DNA of 15,732 nucleotides from a virus (Duplodnaviria; Heunggongvirae; Uroviricota; Caudoviricetes): IMG/VR virus record IMGVR_UViG_2740892234_000001, positions 1 to 15,732 of that record; one strand, 5' to 3'. Shown piece by piece: positions 8,851 to 15,732 of this stretch (position 1 is its first letter; each line of letters starts with the position of its first letter). The notes under the pieces were generated by a model. It saw only the letters and a program-made list of their open reading frames with translations, ran no database searches and was not told where the DNA came from. The position numbers and the translations under genes were made by a program.

Positions 8851-9558
8851 TCACGAACTTTTCAGCCACTCCCTTGCCTCGATGTCATCCAGATGGCGAG
8901 ATTGCTTCAGAATACCAGCTACATACTCCACCTTTGCTACTTGATGATAAGGCAACGTTATAGGCCTGTGATCCTGGTTAATGCTTGTAAATTGGTATTC
9001 TCCATCTCTGTCATAGCCAAGAACCTTAATCATGTTGTGTCCTTCAACGGTTCTGACAAACACCTCATCACCCGGGAATACTTTGGTGTTAGGCTCAATG
9101 AGTACATATTCTCCTGATTTTATTCTGGGCCACATGCTGTCTCCTTTCACACGAAGACCAAAGGCATCTGGATCATCGCTATAAATTTTGAGCCACCCAT
9201 CGCGCTCTTCGGTCATCTCGATGGCACCATCAACACCAAGAATTGCCTCACCAACCACGCGCACTAACCCTTTTTTTAATTTGCCAACAAATGAAAGAGT
9301 ATCTTCATCATTCGCTCCATTTAACGAAGTGCCGTGCTGAAGCCAAACAACATCAACGTTTAGAAATTTCGCAAGCGCATTCATTTTTTCCTGACGCGGT
9401 AAAGACTCAGCATTAAACCATTTGCTAACGCCTTTGGACGAAAGAGAAAGGGCACGGGCTATAGCCATTCCCCTACCATGTTCATCAAGACCAGCTTCTT
9501 TACAGGCTTGCGCTAGCCGCTGGGCGAATTCTTTGCGCACTTTTTCATTCTGAACCAT
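8851..9558 (-). CDS. CI-like prophage repressor (HTH + LexA/S24-type C-terminal domain), 235 aa; hetero-immune to lambda
   Basis: N-terminal HTH region, C-terminal domain with repressor-like VKGDSMWPRIKSGEYVLIEP (Ser nucleophile context) and downstream Lys; divergently placed to a Cro-like gene with 78-bp operator region between. Confidence 0.85.
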   Translation of the reverse strand: MVQNEKVRKEFAQRLAQACKEAGLDEHGRGMAIARALSLSSKGVSKWFNAESLPRQEKMNALAKFLNVDVVWLQHGTSLNGANDEDTLSFVGKLKKGLVRVVGEAILGVDGAIEMTEERDGWLKIYSDDPDAFGLRVKGDSMWPRIKSGEYVLIEPNTKVFPGDEVFVRTVEGHNMIKVLGYDRDGEYQFTSINQDHRPITLPYHQVAKVEYVAGILKQSRHLDDIEAREWLKSS

Positions 9559-9636
9559 GAGTACGATACTAAAGCACTTGCAAAAACTTTCAGTTCAACC
9601 ATAATACGTACTGAAAGTACGAAAAAGGATATTCCT
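9559..9636. promoter_or_regulatory. Putative OR/pR/pRM of second immunity region
   Basis: Divergent intergenic region between cI-like and Cro-like genes; contains imperfect palindromes with CGTAC/GTACG half-sites (e.g. CGTACTGAAAGTACG 9607-9621). Confidence 0.5.
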
Positions 9637-9864
9637 ATGCAAAATCTTGATGAGCCGATTAAAGGTGTCGGCATCCCTGAAGTTGCGAAGGCTTGTGGAG
9701 TTAGCGAAAGGGCTGTCTATAAGTGGCTCAAAAACGGCTTCCTCCCTAAGACTGAGTTTTTTGGGAAAACTAAATACGCATCAAAAATCGAAGAGATTTC
9801 TGGTGGCAAATATCAAGCAAGCGAAATGCTTGAAATAAGCAAAAAGAACCTTCTGGCTGCATAA
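9637..9864 (+). CDS. Cro-like HTH repressor, 75 aa
   Basis: HTH IPEVAKACGVSERAVYKWLKNG; position and size typical of cro. Confidence 0.8.
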   Translation: MQNLDEPIKGVGIPEVAKACGVSERAVYKWLKNGFLPKTEFFGKTKYASKIEEISGGKYQASEMLEISKKNLLAA

Positions 9865-9902
9865 GTAACACCGCTATTTTCACAATGGACATTCGTCCTA
9901 CG

Positions 9903-9917
9903 TCGCTGACAAAGCGA
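9903..9917 (+). promoter_or_regulatory. nutR boxB of second immunity region (TCGCTGACAAAGCGA)
   Basis: Same loop (UGACAAA) as the nutL boxB at 6390-6404; located between the Cro-like and cII-like genes. Confidence 0.55.
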
Positions 9918-10002
9918 GTCCCAATATATCTGACCAACTAAGGCCATATGCGTTTCCACGCATACCTTTCAACTAGCTATTCACTATTGGAAATCTTAAG
10001 AA

Positions 10003-10299
10003 ATGGAACAAACAAGTTACAGCAAACTATCACAGCGAGAAATTGATCGCGCTGAAACTGATTTACTCATCAACCTGTCAACGCTTACCCAGCGCGGTCT
10101 GGCAAAGATGATTGGCTGTCATGAATCGAAGATAAGCAGAACGGACTGGAGATTTATTGCTTCGGTCTTGTGTGCTTTCGGAATGGCATCAGACATCAGT
10201 CCGATTAGCAGGGCTTTTAAGTATGCGCTTGATGAAATCACAAAGAAAAAATCCCCGGTGGCCGCCGGGGACTCTAAGCAAATTGATATGCAATTCTGA
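10003..10299 (+). CDS. CII-like transcriptional activator, 98 aa
   Basis: Position after cro/nutR; C-terminus ...SKQIDMQF parallels lambda CII ...SEQIQMEF; HTH-like centre. Confidence 0.75.
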   Translation: MEQTSYSKLSQREIDRAETDLLINLSTLTQRGLAKMIGCHESKISRTDWRFIASVLCAFGMASDISPISRAFKYALDEITKKKSPVAAGDSKQIDMQF

Positions 10300-10321
10300 G
10301 GGAATTACTGGATCAATCCAC
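10245..10321 (-). ncRNA. oop-like antisense RNA (putative) overlapping the cII-like 3' end
   Basis: Minus-strand terminator: CCCCGG/CCGGGG hairpin (10253-10270) followed by UUUUUU (plus 10245-10251); 5' region CTGGATCAATCCAC similar to the lambda oop 5' end. Confidence 0.4.
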
Positions 10322-10331
10322 AGGAGTCATT

Positions 10332-10784
10332 ATGACAAATACAGCAAAAATACTCAACTTCGGCAGAGGTAACTTTGCCGGACAGGAGCGTAATGTGGCA
10401 GATCTCGATGATGGTTACGCCAGACTATCAAATATGCTGCTTGAGGCTTATTCGGGCGCAGATCTGACCAAGCGACAGTTTAAAGTGCTGCTTGCCATTC
10501 TGCGTAAAACCTATGGGTGGAATAAACCAATGGACAGAATCACCGATTCTCAACTTAGCGAGATTACAAAGTTACCTGTCAAACGGTGCAATGAAGCCAA
10601 GTTAGAACTCGTCAGAATGAATATTATCAAGCAGCAAGGCGGCATGTTTGGACCAAATAAAAACATCTCAGAATGGTGCATCCCTCAAAACGAGGGAGGT
10701 TCCCCTAAAACGAGGGATAAAACATCCCTCAAATTAGGGGATTGCTATCCCTCAAAACAGGGGGACACAAAAGACACTATTACA
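10332..10784 (+). CDS. O: Replication initiator O (lambda-type), N-terminal 151 codons; truncated by gap
   Basis: MTNTAKILNFGRGNFAGQERNVADLDDGYARLSNMLLEAYSGADLTKRQFKVLLAILRKTYGWNKPMDRITDSQLSEITKLPVKRCNEAKLELVRMNIIKQQGGMFGPNKNISEWCIPQNEG.. matches lambda O; the ORF-track end at 10859 is an artefact of reading through the gap. Confidence 0.85.
10679..10784. repeat. ori-lambda iterons (four 18-19-bp O-binding repeats TCCCTCAAAACGAGGGA-like) inside O
   Basis: Repeats at about 10679-10699, 10700-10717, 10724-10741, 10747-10765; AT-rich segment begins before the gap. Confidence 0.8.
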
Positions 10785-10794
10785 NNNNNNNNNN
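10785..10794. other. Assembly gap (10 N)
   Basis: Run of 10 n. Confidence 1.
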
Positions 10795-10859
10795 GACTCA
10801 CCAATAAAAAACGCCCGGCGGCAACCGAGCGTTCTGAACAAATACAAATGGAATTTTAA
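10795..10859 (+). pseudogene. 3' end of a cII gene (..LTNKKRPAATERSEQIQMEF-stop) truncated at gap; includes the oop terminator segment
   Basis: Sequence after the gap equals the lambda cII C-terminus/oop 3' end (AATAAAAAACGCCCGGCGGCAACCGAGCGTTCTGAACAAAT..); a real gene cut by the gap rather than a biological pseudogene. Confidence 0.6.
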
Positions 10860-10881
10860 CAACATCCAGCGAGGTAATTAT

Positions 10882-11154
10882 ATGCGAAACAAAGGCTTTA
10901 ATCCACCTGATACACACAAAGAAGCTAAGCGTTTGCGCTTCCTTCGTTCCATTGATGAAAGAACTCAAATCTCTTTTGTGAAAGTTGCCAGAACTGAGCT
11001 TCTGAAGGCTGAGGCGAGGGCGTTGCTCCCGTCTCTACCAAAAGAGGAGGGATATACGTTCATTCCAAACGCATTTCTGGAAAAGCTGCTCAAAGAAGAC
11101 ATATCCGTAAGTCAGTTTAACGATGTTCTTAAGGTCTTTCGTCAAGGCAGGTAG
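10882..11154 (+). CDS. Hypothetical protein (90 aa) between cII and the O-like gene
   Basis: ORF with GAGG about 10 nt upstream; basic, no TM; immediately precedes the O-like start. Confidence 0.5.
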   Translation: MRNKGFNPPDTHKEAKRLRFLRSIDERTQISFVKVARTELLKAEARALLPSLPKEEGYTFIPNAFLEKLLKEDISVSQFNDVLKVFRQGR

Positions 11155-11156
11155 TT

Positions 11157-12104
11157 ATGAGCAATACAGCAAAAATCTACGATTTCAGCGCCGCACACGA
11201 GCGCAGGAGCAACAGGATGGAGAACCAGAAAACTGGTTACATTCCGTTGTACCGGAGCATTCTGAAACAGTCATGGGCGAAAGATGTTTATCTTCGCACC
11301 CTGTGGGAAAACCTTCTCCTGAATGCCACCAGAAAGCCATACAAAGCGAATTTCAAAGGTCATGAATGGCATCTGCAACCCGGTCAACTGGTTGTGACAG
11401 CAGCTGATTTAGGTCTTCAGTTATGCGACAGGCATGGCAAGCCAGCAAGCCGCGATCAGGTTGAGCGGATGCTTCAGGTTTTTGTGAAAGAGGGGATGAT
11501 CACCATTGATGGAGAGAAGCAAAAAGGTCGTGTGATTACCATCACAAATTACCATGAATATGCTCAAAAAATGGACGATTCACCCGCACATGAAGCCGCA
11601 CAAACAACCGCACATGATGCCGCACATGACGAAGCCAGTAATGGCGCGGATTTCAGCGAACATGCCGCACATGAAAGCGCACATGAAGCCGCACAAACAA
11701 CCGCACATCATGAACAAGAAGGTATTAACAAGAATATAAATAATACCCCCCTACCCCCCAATGGGGGAGGCGATGGGCAGGTTAAACCTGAACGTCGCAA
11801 GGCAGAACGAATCGACTACGAATCCTTCCTGAACGCCTACAACACAGAAGTCGGTGACAGACTTCCACATGCTGTTGAGGTCAACGAGAAACGCAAACGC
11901 CGCCTGAAGAAAATCATCCCGCAACTGAAAACGCCAAACGTGGACGGTTTCAGAGCGTATGTCAGGGCGTTTGTGCATCAGGCCAAGCCGTTTTACTTCG
12001 GAGACAACGACACGGGCTGGACGGCAGATTTTGATTACCTGCTGAGAGAAGACTCGTTAACGGGAGTCCGGGAAGGGAAGTTTGCAGACAGGGGGATTGC
12101 ATGA
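11157..12104 (+). CDS. O-like replication initiator (315 aa) with internal iteron-encoded [10 protein letters not shown] repeats
   Basis: N-terminus [10 protein letters not shown].. parallels lambda O MTNTAKILNF..; internal DNA iterons; stop overlaps helicase start (ATGA). Confidence 0.75.
   Translation: MSNTAKIYDFSAAHERRSNRMENQKTGYIPLYRSILKQSWAKDVYLRTLWENLLLNATRKPYKANFKGHEWHLQPGQLVVTAADLGLQLCDRHGKPASRDQVERMLQVFVKEGMITIDGEKQKGRVITITNYHEYAQKMDDSPAHEAAQTTAHDAAHDEASNGADFSEHAAHESAHEAAQTTAHHEQEGINKNINNTPLPPNGGGDGQVKPERRKAERIDYESFLNAYNTEVGDRLPHAVEVNEKRKRRLKKIIPQLKTPNVDGFRAYVRAFVHQAKPFYFGDNDTGWTADFDYLLREDSLTGVREGKFADRGIA
11580..11750. repeat. Putative replication origin inside O-like gene: about six CGCACATGA iterons, including two identical 30-bp copies (11586-11615, 11679-11708), followed by an AT-rich block
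   Basis: 30-mer GCACATGAAGCCGCACAAACAACCGCACAT occurs twice; AT-rich AACAAGAATATAAATAATA at 11717-11745, then C-rich palindromic CCCCCCTACCCCCCAATGGGGGAGG. Confidence 0.55.
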
Positions 12105-14494
12105 GACAGGATATCGAAGCGAGCGTTATCGGTGGCCTGCTGATTGGTGGATTAACGCCAACTGCCAGCGACGTTCTGGCAACGCTGGAGCCGGAGGCGT
12201 TTTCAATTCCGCTCTACCGGAAAGCCTTCGAGGTTATCCGTAAGCAGGCGCGAAACAGAAACCTAATCGACGCGCTGATGGTTGCCGAGGCGTGCGGAGA
12301 GGAGCATTTCACGTCAATCCTGATGACCAGCAAAAACTGCCCGAGTGCCGCAAACCTGAAGGGATATGCCGGAATGGTCGCGGATAACTATCACCGCCGT
12401 CTGGTGCTGGAAATCATGGATGAAATGCGTGAACCAATCCAAAGCGGAACCATCGACGCATCGAGTCAGGCGATGGATGAACTTGTAAAACGTCTCTCAG
12501 CCATCAGAAAGCCCCGTGACGAGGTTAAACCTGTACGGTTAGGGGAAATCATCACTGACTACACTGACACGCTTGACAGGCGTCTGAGGAACGGAGAAGA
12601 GTCAGATACCCTGAAGACCGGAATCGAAGAACTTGACGCCATCACCGGAGGGATGAACGCAGAAGACCTGGTGATAATCGCTGCTCGTCCTGGTATGGGG
12701 AAAGCAATGGCGCTAAGCGAAGGGATTTTACTTGCAGATGGCACCTGGACTACTCACGGAGAAGTCAAAATTGGCGATCGCATCGCGTCAATAGACGGGC
12801 TTCCTTCGGAGGTAATTGGCGTCTTCCCACAAGGGAAGAAATTCACATATTTAGTCACCTTTGAAGACGGACGTAGCGTGAAATGTGCCGACAACCACTT
12901 ATGGGAAATTTCATCATCAAGATTTACTGGTAAACGCGTTGTTGATACTGATGCGCTGGCTGGGATGCTACAAAAAACACGTTATCAGGGAAGAATAAGA
13001 GTGCCATCCTTGACCGGAGACTTTGGTAAAAATATTCCCCTTGATGGTTGGGTTATTGGGGCTCTACTTGGTGACGGTTCGTTGATAAAAGGCATCAAAT
13101 TCACCAACTCGGAAGAATATGTCCTGAGCCGCATGAGTGATGCAATTGCACCATTGCGACTGGTTAAGGTAGGAGAGAATGATTATTTGATAAGCAACCA
13201 AAAAGGCCAGAAGAACCCACTATTGGACAAACTACGTGGCATTGGGGTGATCGGGAAAGGTGCGTCCGAGAAGGAAATCCCAGCAGAAATTTTTAGTGCT
13301 AGCAAAGAAATACGTACCGGTGTTTTAACTGGCCTTCTCGAGACAGATGGCTGGGTTGAGAAGTCCGGATGCATCCGCTTTAGTTCATCCAGTCAGAAAT
13401 TAGCTAAAGGATTAGTAAGGCTTGTTAGATCTTTAGGTGGAACCGCCAAAGAATCCAGCAGGACGGGAATAGTTTACACGTACAAAGGAGAGAAGCACGA
13501 CGGACTTGATGCACACATGGTCAGCATGAAGTTGCCATCATCTTTGATAGAGCAAATTCACTCACCACGTTTACGCAAAAATCTCGGGATTAACAGGCTT
13601 GGCGACGTTGGTGTGGGTATCAAATCGGTTGAAGTTGTTGAGCCAGAAGAGTGTCTCTGCATCATGGTAAGCCATCCTAGCCATCTCTATGTGACAACGG
13701 ATTACATCGTTACGCACAATACGGAACTGGCGCTGAAGATTGCCGAAGGCGTTGCAAGTCGTGTTATTCCTGGTTCTGACGTCCGGCGCGGGGTATTGAT
13801 TTTCTCAATGGAAATGAGCGCATTGCAGATTGCAGAGCGAAGCATTGCCAACGCCGGGAGGATGTCGGTTAGCGTACTGCGAAATCCTGCATCGATGGAT
13901 GACGAAGGCTGGGCACGTGTTGCTAACGGCATGAGTCAGCTTGCAGATTTGGATGTATGGGTAGTCGATGCCTCGCGGTTATCGGTCGAAGAAATACGCT
14001 CAATCGCAGAACGGCACAAACAGGAAAATCCAAACCTCTCACTCATCATGGCGGATTATCTTGGCCTGATTGAGAAGCCGAAAGCAGACCGCAACGACCT
14101 CGCAATTGCTCACATCTCCGGAAGCCTGAAGGCGATGGCGAAAGACCTGAAAACGCCAGTTATCTCCCTAAGTCAGCTTTCGCGCGATGTTGAGAAGCGA
14201 CCAAATAAACGCCCGACAAACGCAGATTTGCGTGATTCAGGAAGCATTGAACAGGACGCAGACTCAATCATCATGCTCTATCGGGAAGCGGTATATGACG
14301 AGAACAGTAGCGCCGCGCCATTTGCTGAAATCATCGTGACGAAAAACCGTTTTGGCTCACTTGGTACGGTTTACCAGCGGTTCTGTAACGGACACTTTGT
14401 TGCATGTGACCAGGATGAAGCCAGACAGATTTGCACAGCATCAAATGCACCTGCTGCGCGTGGCAGACGATATGCACAAGGGGCTGACGTATGA
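12101..14494 (+). CDS. DnaB-family replicative helicase precursor (797 aa) containing a 339-aa intein; predicted spliced helicase 458 aa
   Basis: Extein matches DnaB architecture (N-terminal domain ..[22 protein letters not shown]..; Walker [10 protein letters not shown]; ..VLIFSMEMS..; C-terminal RecA-like motifs ..[33 protein letters not shown]..). The Walker A motif is split between K201 and T541. Confidence 0.85.
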   Translation: MRQDIEASVIGGLLIGGLTPTASDVLATLEPEAFSIPLYRKAFEVIRKQARNRNLIDALMVAEACGEEHFTSILMTSKNCPSAANLKGYAGMVADNYHRRLVLEIMDEMREPIQSGTIDASSQAMDELVKRLSAIRKPRDEVKPVRLGEIITDYTDTLDRRLRNGEESDTLKTGIEELDAITGGMNAEDLVIIAARPGMGKAMALSEGILLADGTWTTHGEVKIGDRIASIDGLPSEVIGVFPQGKKFTYLVTFEDGRSVKCADNHLWEISSSRFTGKRVVDTDALAGMLQKTRYQGRIRVPSLTGDFGKNIPLDGWVIGALLGDGSLIKGIKFTNSEEYVLSRMSDAIAPLRLVKVGENDYLISNQKGQKNPLLDKLRGIGVIGKGASEKEIPAEIFSASKEIRTGVLTGLLETDGWVEKSGCIRFSSSSQKLAKGLVRLVRSLGGTAKESSRTGIVYTYKGEKHDGLDAHMVSMKLPSSLIEQIHSPRLRKNLGINRLGDVGVGIKSVEVVEPEECLCIMVSHPSHLYVTTDYIVTHNTELALKIAEGVASRVIPGSDVRRGVLIFSMEMSALQIAERSIANAGRMSVSVLRNPASMDDEGWARVANGMSQLADLDVWVVDASRLSVEEIRSIAERHKQENPNLSLIMADYLGLIEKPKADRNDLAIAHISGSLKAMAKDLKTPVISLSQLSRDVEKRPNKRPTNADLRDSGSIEQDADSIIMLYREAVYDENSSAAPFAEIIVTKNRFGSLGTVYQRFCNGHFVACDQDEARQICTASNAPAARGRRYAQGADV
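12704..13720 (+). mobile_element. Intein (aa 202-540 of helicase) with LAGLIDADG homing-endonuclease domain; class-3-like (Ala1, WCT signature)
   Basis: Starts [15 protein letters not shown] (block A-like with Ala at position 1), ends ..DYIVTHN followed by +1 Thr that restores GMGKT; two LAGLIDADG motifs ([15 protein letters not shown] aa 314-327; [11 protein letters not shown] aa 409-419); block-B NHLW, block-F ECLC, block-G VTHN. Confidence 0.8.
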
Positions 14495-14760
14495 ATAAAA
14501 AACAATTAGCTATTCTCGAAAAGGCATGGGATGCACAAATATCATGCGCTTTGAAAGAACAGGCACTACCAATAATCCAGACCAAATCGAAAATAGCCAG
14601 GCAGTTATGCGATGACGGATTCCTGAACGAAGTTGAGATTACGCACCAGATGGTAACGTTCAAAGGGTATGAGATAAATCATCATGGTATAGCGGCGTAT
14701 TGCTCCCATCTTCCTGATGACGTTGACATTGATGAAATGGAAAGGGAGATGAAGCAATGA
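14491..14760 (+). CDS. Hypothetical protein (89 aa) downstream of helicase (start overlaps helicase stop)
   Basis: ORF 14491..14760, ATGA overlap with helicase stop; no family recognised. Confidence 0.5.
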   Translation: MNKKQLAILEKAWDAQISCALKEQALPIIQTKSKIARQLCDDGFLNEVEITHQMVTFKGYEINHHGIAAYCSHLPDDVDIDEMEREMKQ

Positions 14761-14785
14761 CCATCTACATCACTGAGCTAATAAC

Positions 14786-14817
14786 AGGCCTGCTGGTAAT
14801 CGCAGGCCTTTTTATTT
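14786..14817 (+). terminator. Rho-independent terminator (tR2-like position after replication genes)
   Basis: AGGCCTGC/GCAGGCCT 8-bp stem with 8-nt loop (14786-14809) followed by TTTTTATTT. Confidence 0.5.
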
Positions 14818-14832
14818 GGGGGAGAGTAAATC

Positions 14833-15039
14833 GTGGCTGAGTTAATTTTCTCTGCATTGAGGATTCTCGGTGCTATGTGGATGGTGGCGACATTCATTGT
14901 TGTTGTCAGCAGTTTTGTCCGGTTGGTAGGCGAAGGTAAAGACCTGGTGGGTGTGCTTTTCGGTAGCATTCTCCTGTGGGTGATTATCGGTGTTGCGCCT
15001 GTTGCTGTAGCAAAAATGGCGTGGCGTTTTGTTAGTTGA
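14833..15039 (+). CDS. Small hydrophobic protein (68 aa, two predicted TM helices), GTG start
   Basis: GTG at 14833 with GGGAGAG Shine-Dalgarno 7 nt upstream; sequence is almost entirely two hydrophobic helices separated by GEGKD. Confidence 0.45.
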   Translation: MAELIFSALRILGAMWMVATFIVVVSSFVRLVGEGKDLVGVLFGSILLWVIIGVAPVAVAKMAWRFVS

Positions 15040-15049
15040 GGTGACGATG

Positions 15050-15097
15050 AAGCAAATATCACTTCAATAAATCGCTTTTAAGGCATCACAATCGCTC
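15050..15097. repeat. 48-bp direct repeat, copy 1 (AAGCAAATATCACTTCAATAAATCGCTTTTAAGGCATCACAATCGCTC)
   Basis: Identical to 15685-15732; each copy begins a few nt after a stop codon of a different ORF. Confidence 0.85.
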
Positions 15098-15183
15098 TGT
15101 GGTGAGGTAAGCACGTGCAAGGCATGCCGATAAGCAGCGAGAATGAAAAATGCGTCAGAATGCGTTTGAGGAGGTTTTAAGAA

Positions 15184-15399
15184 ATGAGTACGATAGCTGA
15201 GCTTGTCAGGGCTAATTTTCGTGAAGAGTTGGTGCGTTGGTATCGGTATCGTTCATCGTCCAGTTTGCCGCTTGATGAGTTGTATGAGCACTCACCTGCC
15301 GCACGGCGCTATCCGCGTGACCGTGTTCTTCGACGGTTGTTCAGACTCAATAATGAGTTTCAGCGCAACAGAATTATCCGGAGTCTGGATTTAAAGTGA
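15184..15399 (+). CDS. Hypothetical basic protein (71 aa)
   Basis: ATG preceded by strong GAGGAGG Shine-Dalgarno; Arg-rich; an alternative overlapping frame (15203..15394) exists, so frame choice rests mainly on the SD. Confidence 0.4.
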   Translation: MSTIAELVRANFREELVRWYRYRSSSSLPLDELYEHSPAARRYPRDRVLRRLFRLNNEFQRNRIIRSLDLK

Positions 15400-15409
15400 N
15401 NNNNNNNNN
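15400..15409. other. Assembly gap (10 N)
   Basis: Run of 10 n. Confidence 1.
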
Positions 15410-15686
15410 GAACGATAGCTACCGACAGTTTGAAAACTGGTGGTCAAAAGACAAAAGCCAGTTCACGGGAGACGATGAATTAAAAGAGTTTGCCTGGGTG
15501 ATATGGCAGGCATCGCGCTCTGCTATTGAACTGGATATCGACTGGCCCGAATCGAATGACGACCTTTGGAAAGATGGTGAAGAAGGTGCTTATGCGATGG
15601 GTTATGAGGATGGGCGTGACAAAACGGTAATTGCAGTAATGAAAGCCATCAGGGCCGCAGGAATCAAAGAAAAGAATTTCGATTAA
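15410..15686 (+). CDS. Hypothetical acidic protein, C-terminal 91 codons; N-terminus lost in gap
   Basis: Open frame from the gap to the stop at 15684-15686 (..NDSYRQFENWWSKDKSQ...AGIKEKNFD); the M and X residues in the ORF track are artefacts of the gap. Confidence 0.45.
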
Positions 15687-15732
15687 GCAAATATCACTTC
15701 AATAAATCGCTTTTAAGGCATCACAATCGCTC
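15685..15732. repeat. 48-bp direct repeat, copy 2 (reaches the window end; may extend further)
   Basis: Identical to 15050-15097. Confidence 0.85.

Noticed and set aside
8155-9838. ORFs 8155..8400 (+), 8668..9117 (+), 9647..9838 (+)
   Set aside because: Antisense to cargo genes or the cI-like gene, or an alternative frame inside the Cro-like gene (9647..9838); the HTH-containing frame 9637..9864 is preferred.
10157-11978. ORFs 10157..10372, 11123..11365, 11554..11739 (+) and 11751..11978 (-)
   Set aside because: Alternative frames overlapping cII-like/O or the O-like gene; 11554..11739 is the iteron repeat read in another frame (His/Pro/Met-rich repeats).
12101-14494. Treating the 797-aa ORF as a helicase fused to a separate nuclease gene
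   Set aside because: The insert is in frame, splits the Walker-A motif at a precise point and carries intein terminal residues (..HN followed by Thr), so it is a protein-splicing element, not a domain fusion or two genes.
12559-15062. Minus-strand ORFs inside the helicase/intein gene and downstream (12559..12744, 13183..13374, 13702..13932, 14331..14663, 14778..15062)
   Set aside because: All are antisense to the helicase or to the small membrane-protein gene; no RBS or motif support.

Overview
This window is a composite of lambdoid prophage early/immunity regions joined across five 10-N gaps (869-878, 1015-1024, 5293-5302, 10785-10794, 15400-15409), so adjacency across gaps is not trustworthy. 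Block 1 (1-5292) is a lambda-type pL/immunity region that I recognise by protein and site sequence: gam (partial), kil, cIII, ea10, ral, N, nutL, OL/pL, cI, OR/pR/pRM, cro, nutR, cII, oop and the first codons of O. Two accessory slots in it carry non-lambda cargo. The rexA/rexB slot downstream of cI holds an unrecognised two-gene operon (a soluble 144-aa protein coupled to a 200-aa coiled-coil, C-terminally membrane-anchored protein). The sieB slot between ral and N holds an opposite-strand gene for a coiled-coil/zinc-ribbon protein. Block 2 (5303-10784) is a second, hetero-immune early region (P22/H-19B-like N, LexA-type cI-like repressor, Cro-like, cII-like, lambda-type O with ori iterons). 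Its cI-downstream slot holds three genes ending in a eukaryotic-like Ser/Thr kinase that resembles the Stk exclusion kinase of Stx phage 933W. Block 3 (10795-15399) is a replication module: an O-like initiator with internal iterons and a DnaB-family helicase whose Walker-A motif is interrupted by a 339-aa intein with class-3 hallmarks and a LAGLIDADG homing-endonuclease domain, followed by small nin-region-like ORFs. Both cI-downstream cargo slots are bounded by the same conserved flanks (a relic of the cI 3' end and a shared terminator-containing block of about 90 bp). All identifications are from reading the sequence and recalled protein/site sequences; no database search was run.
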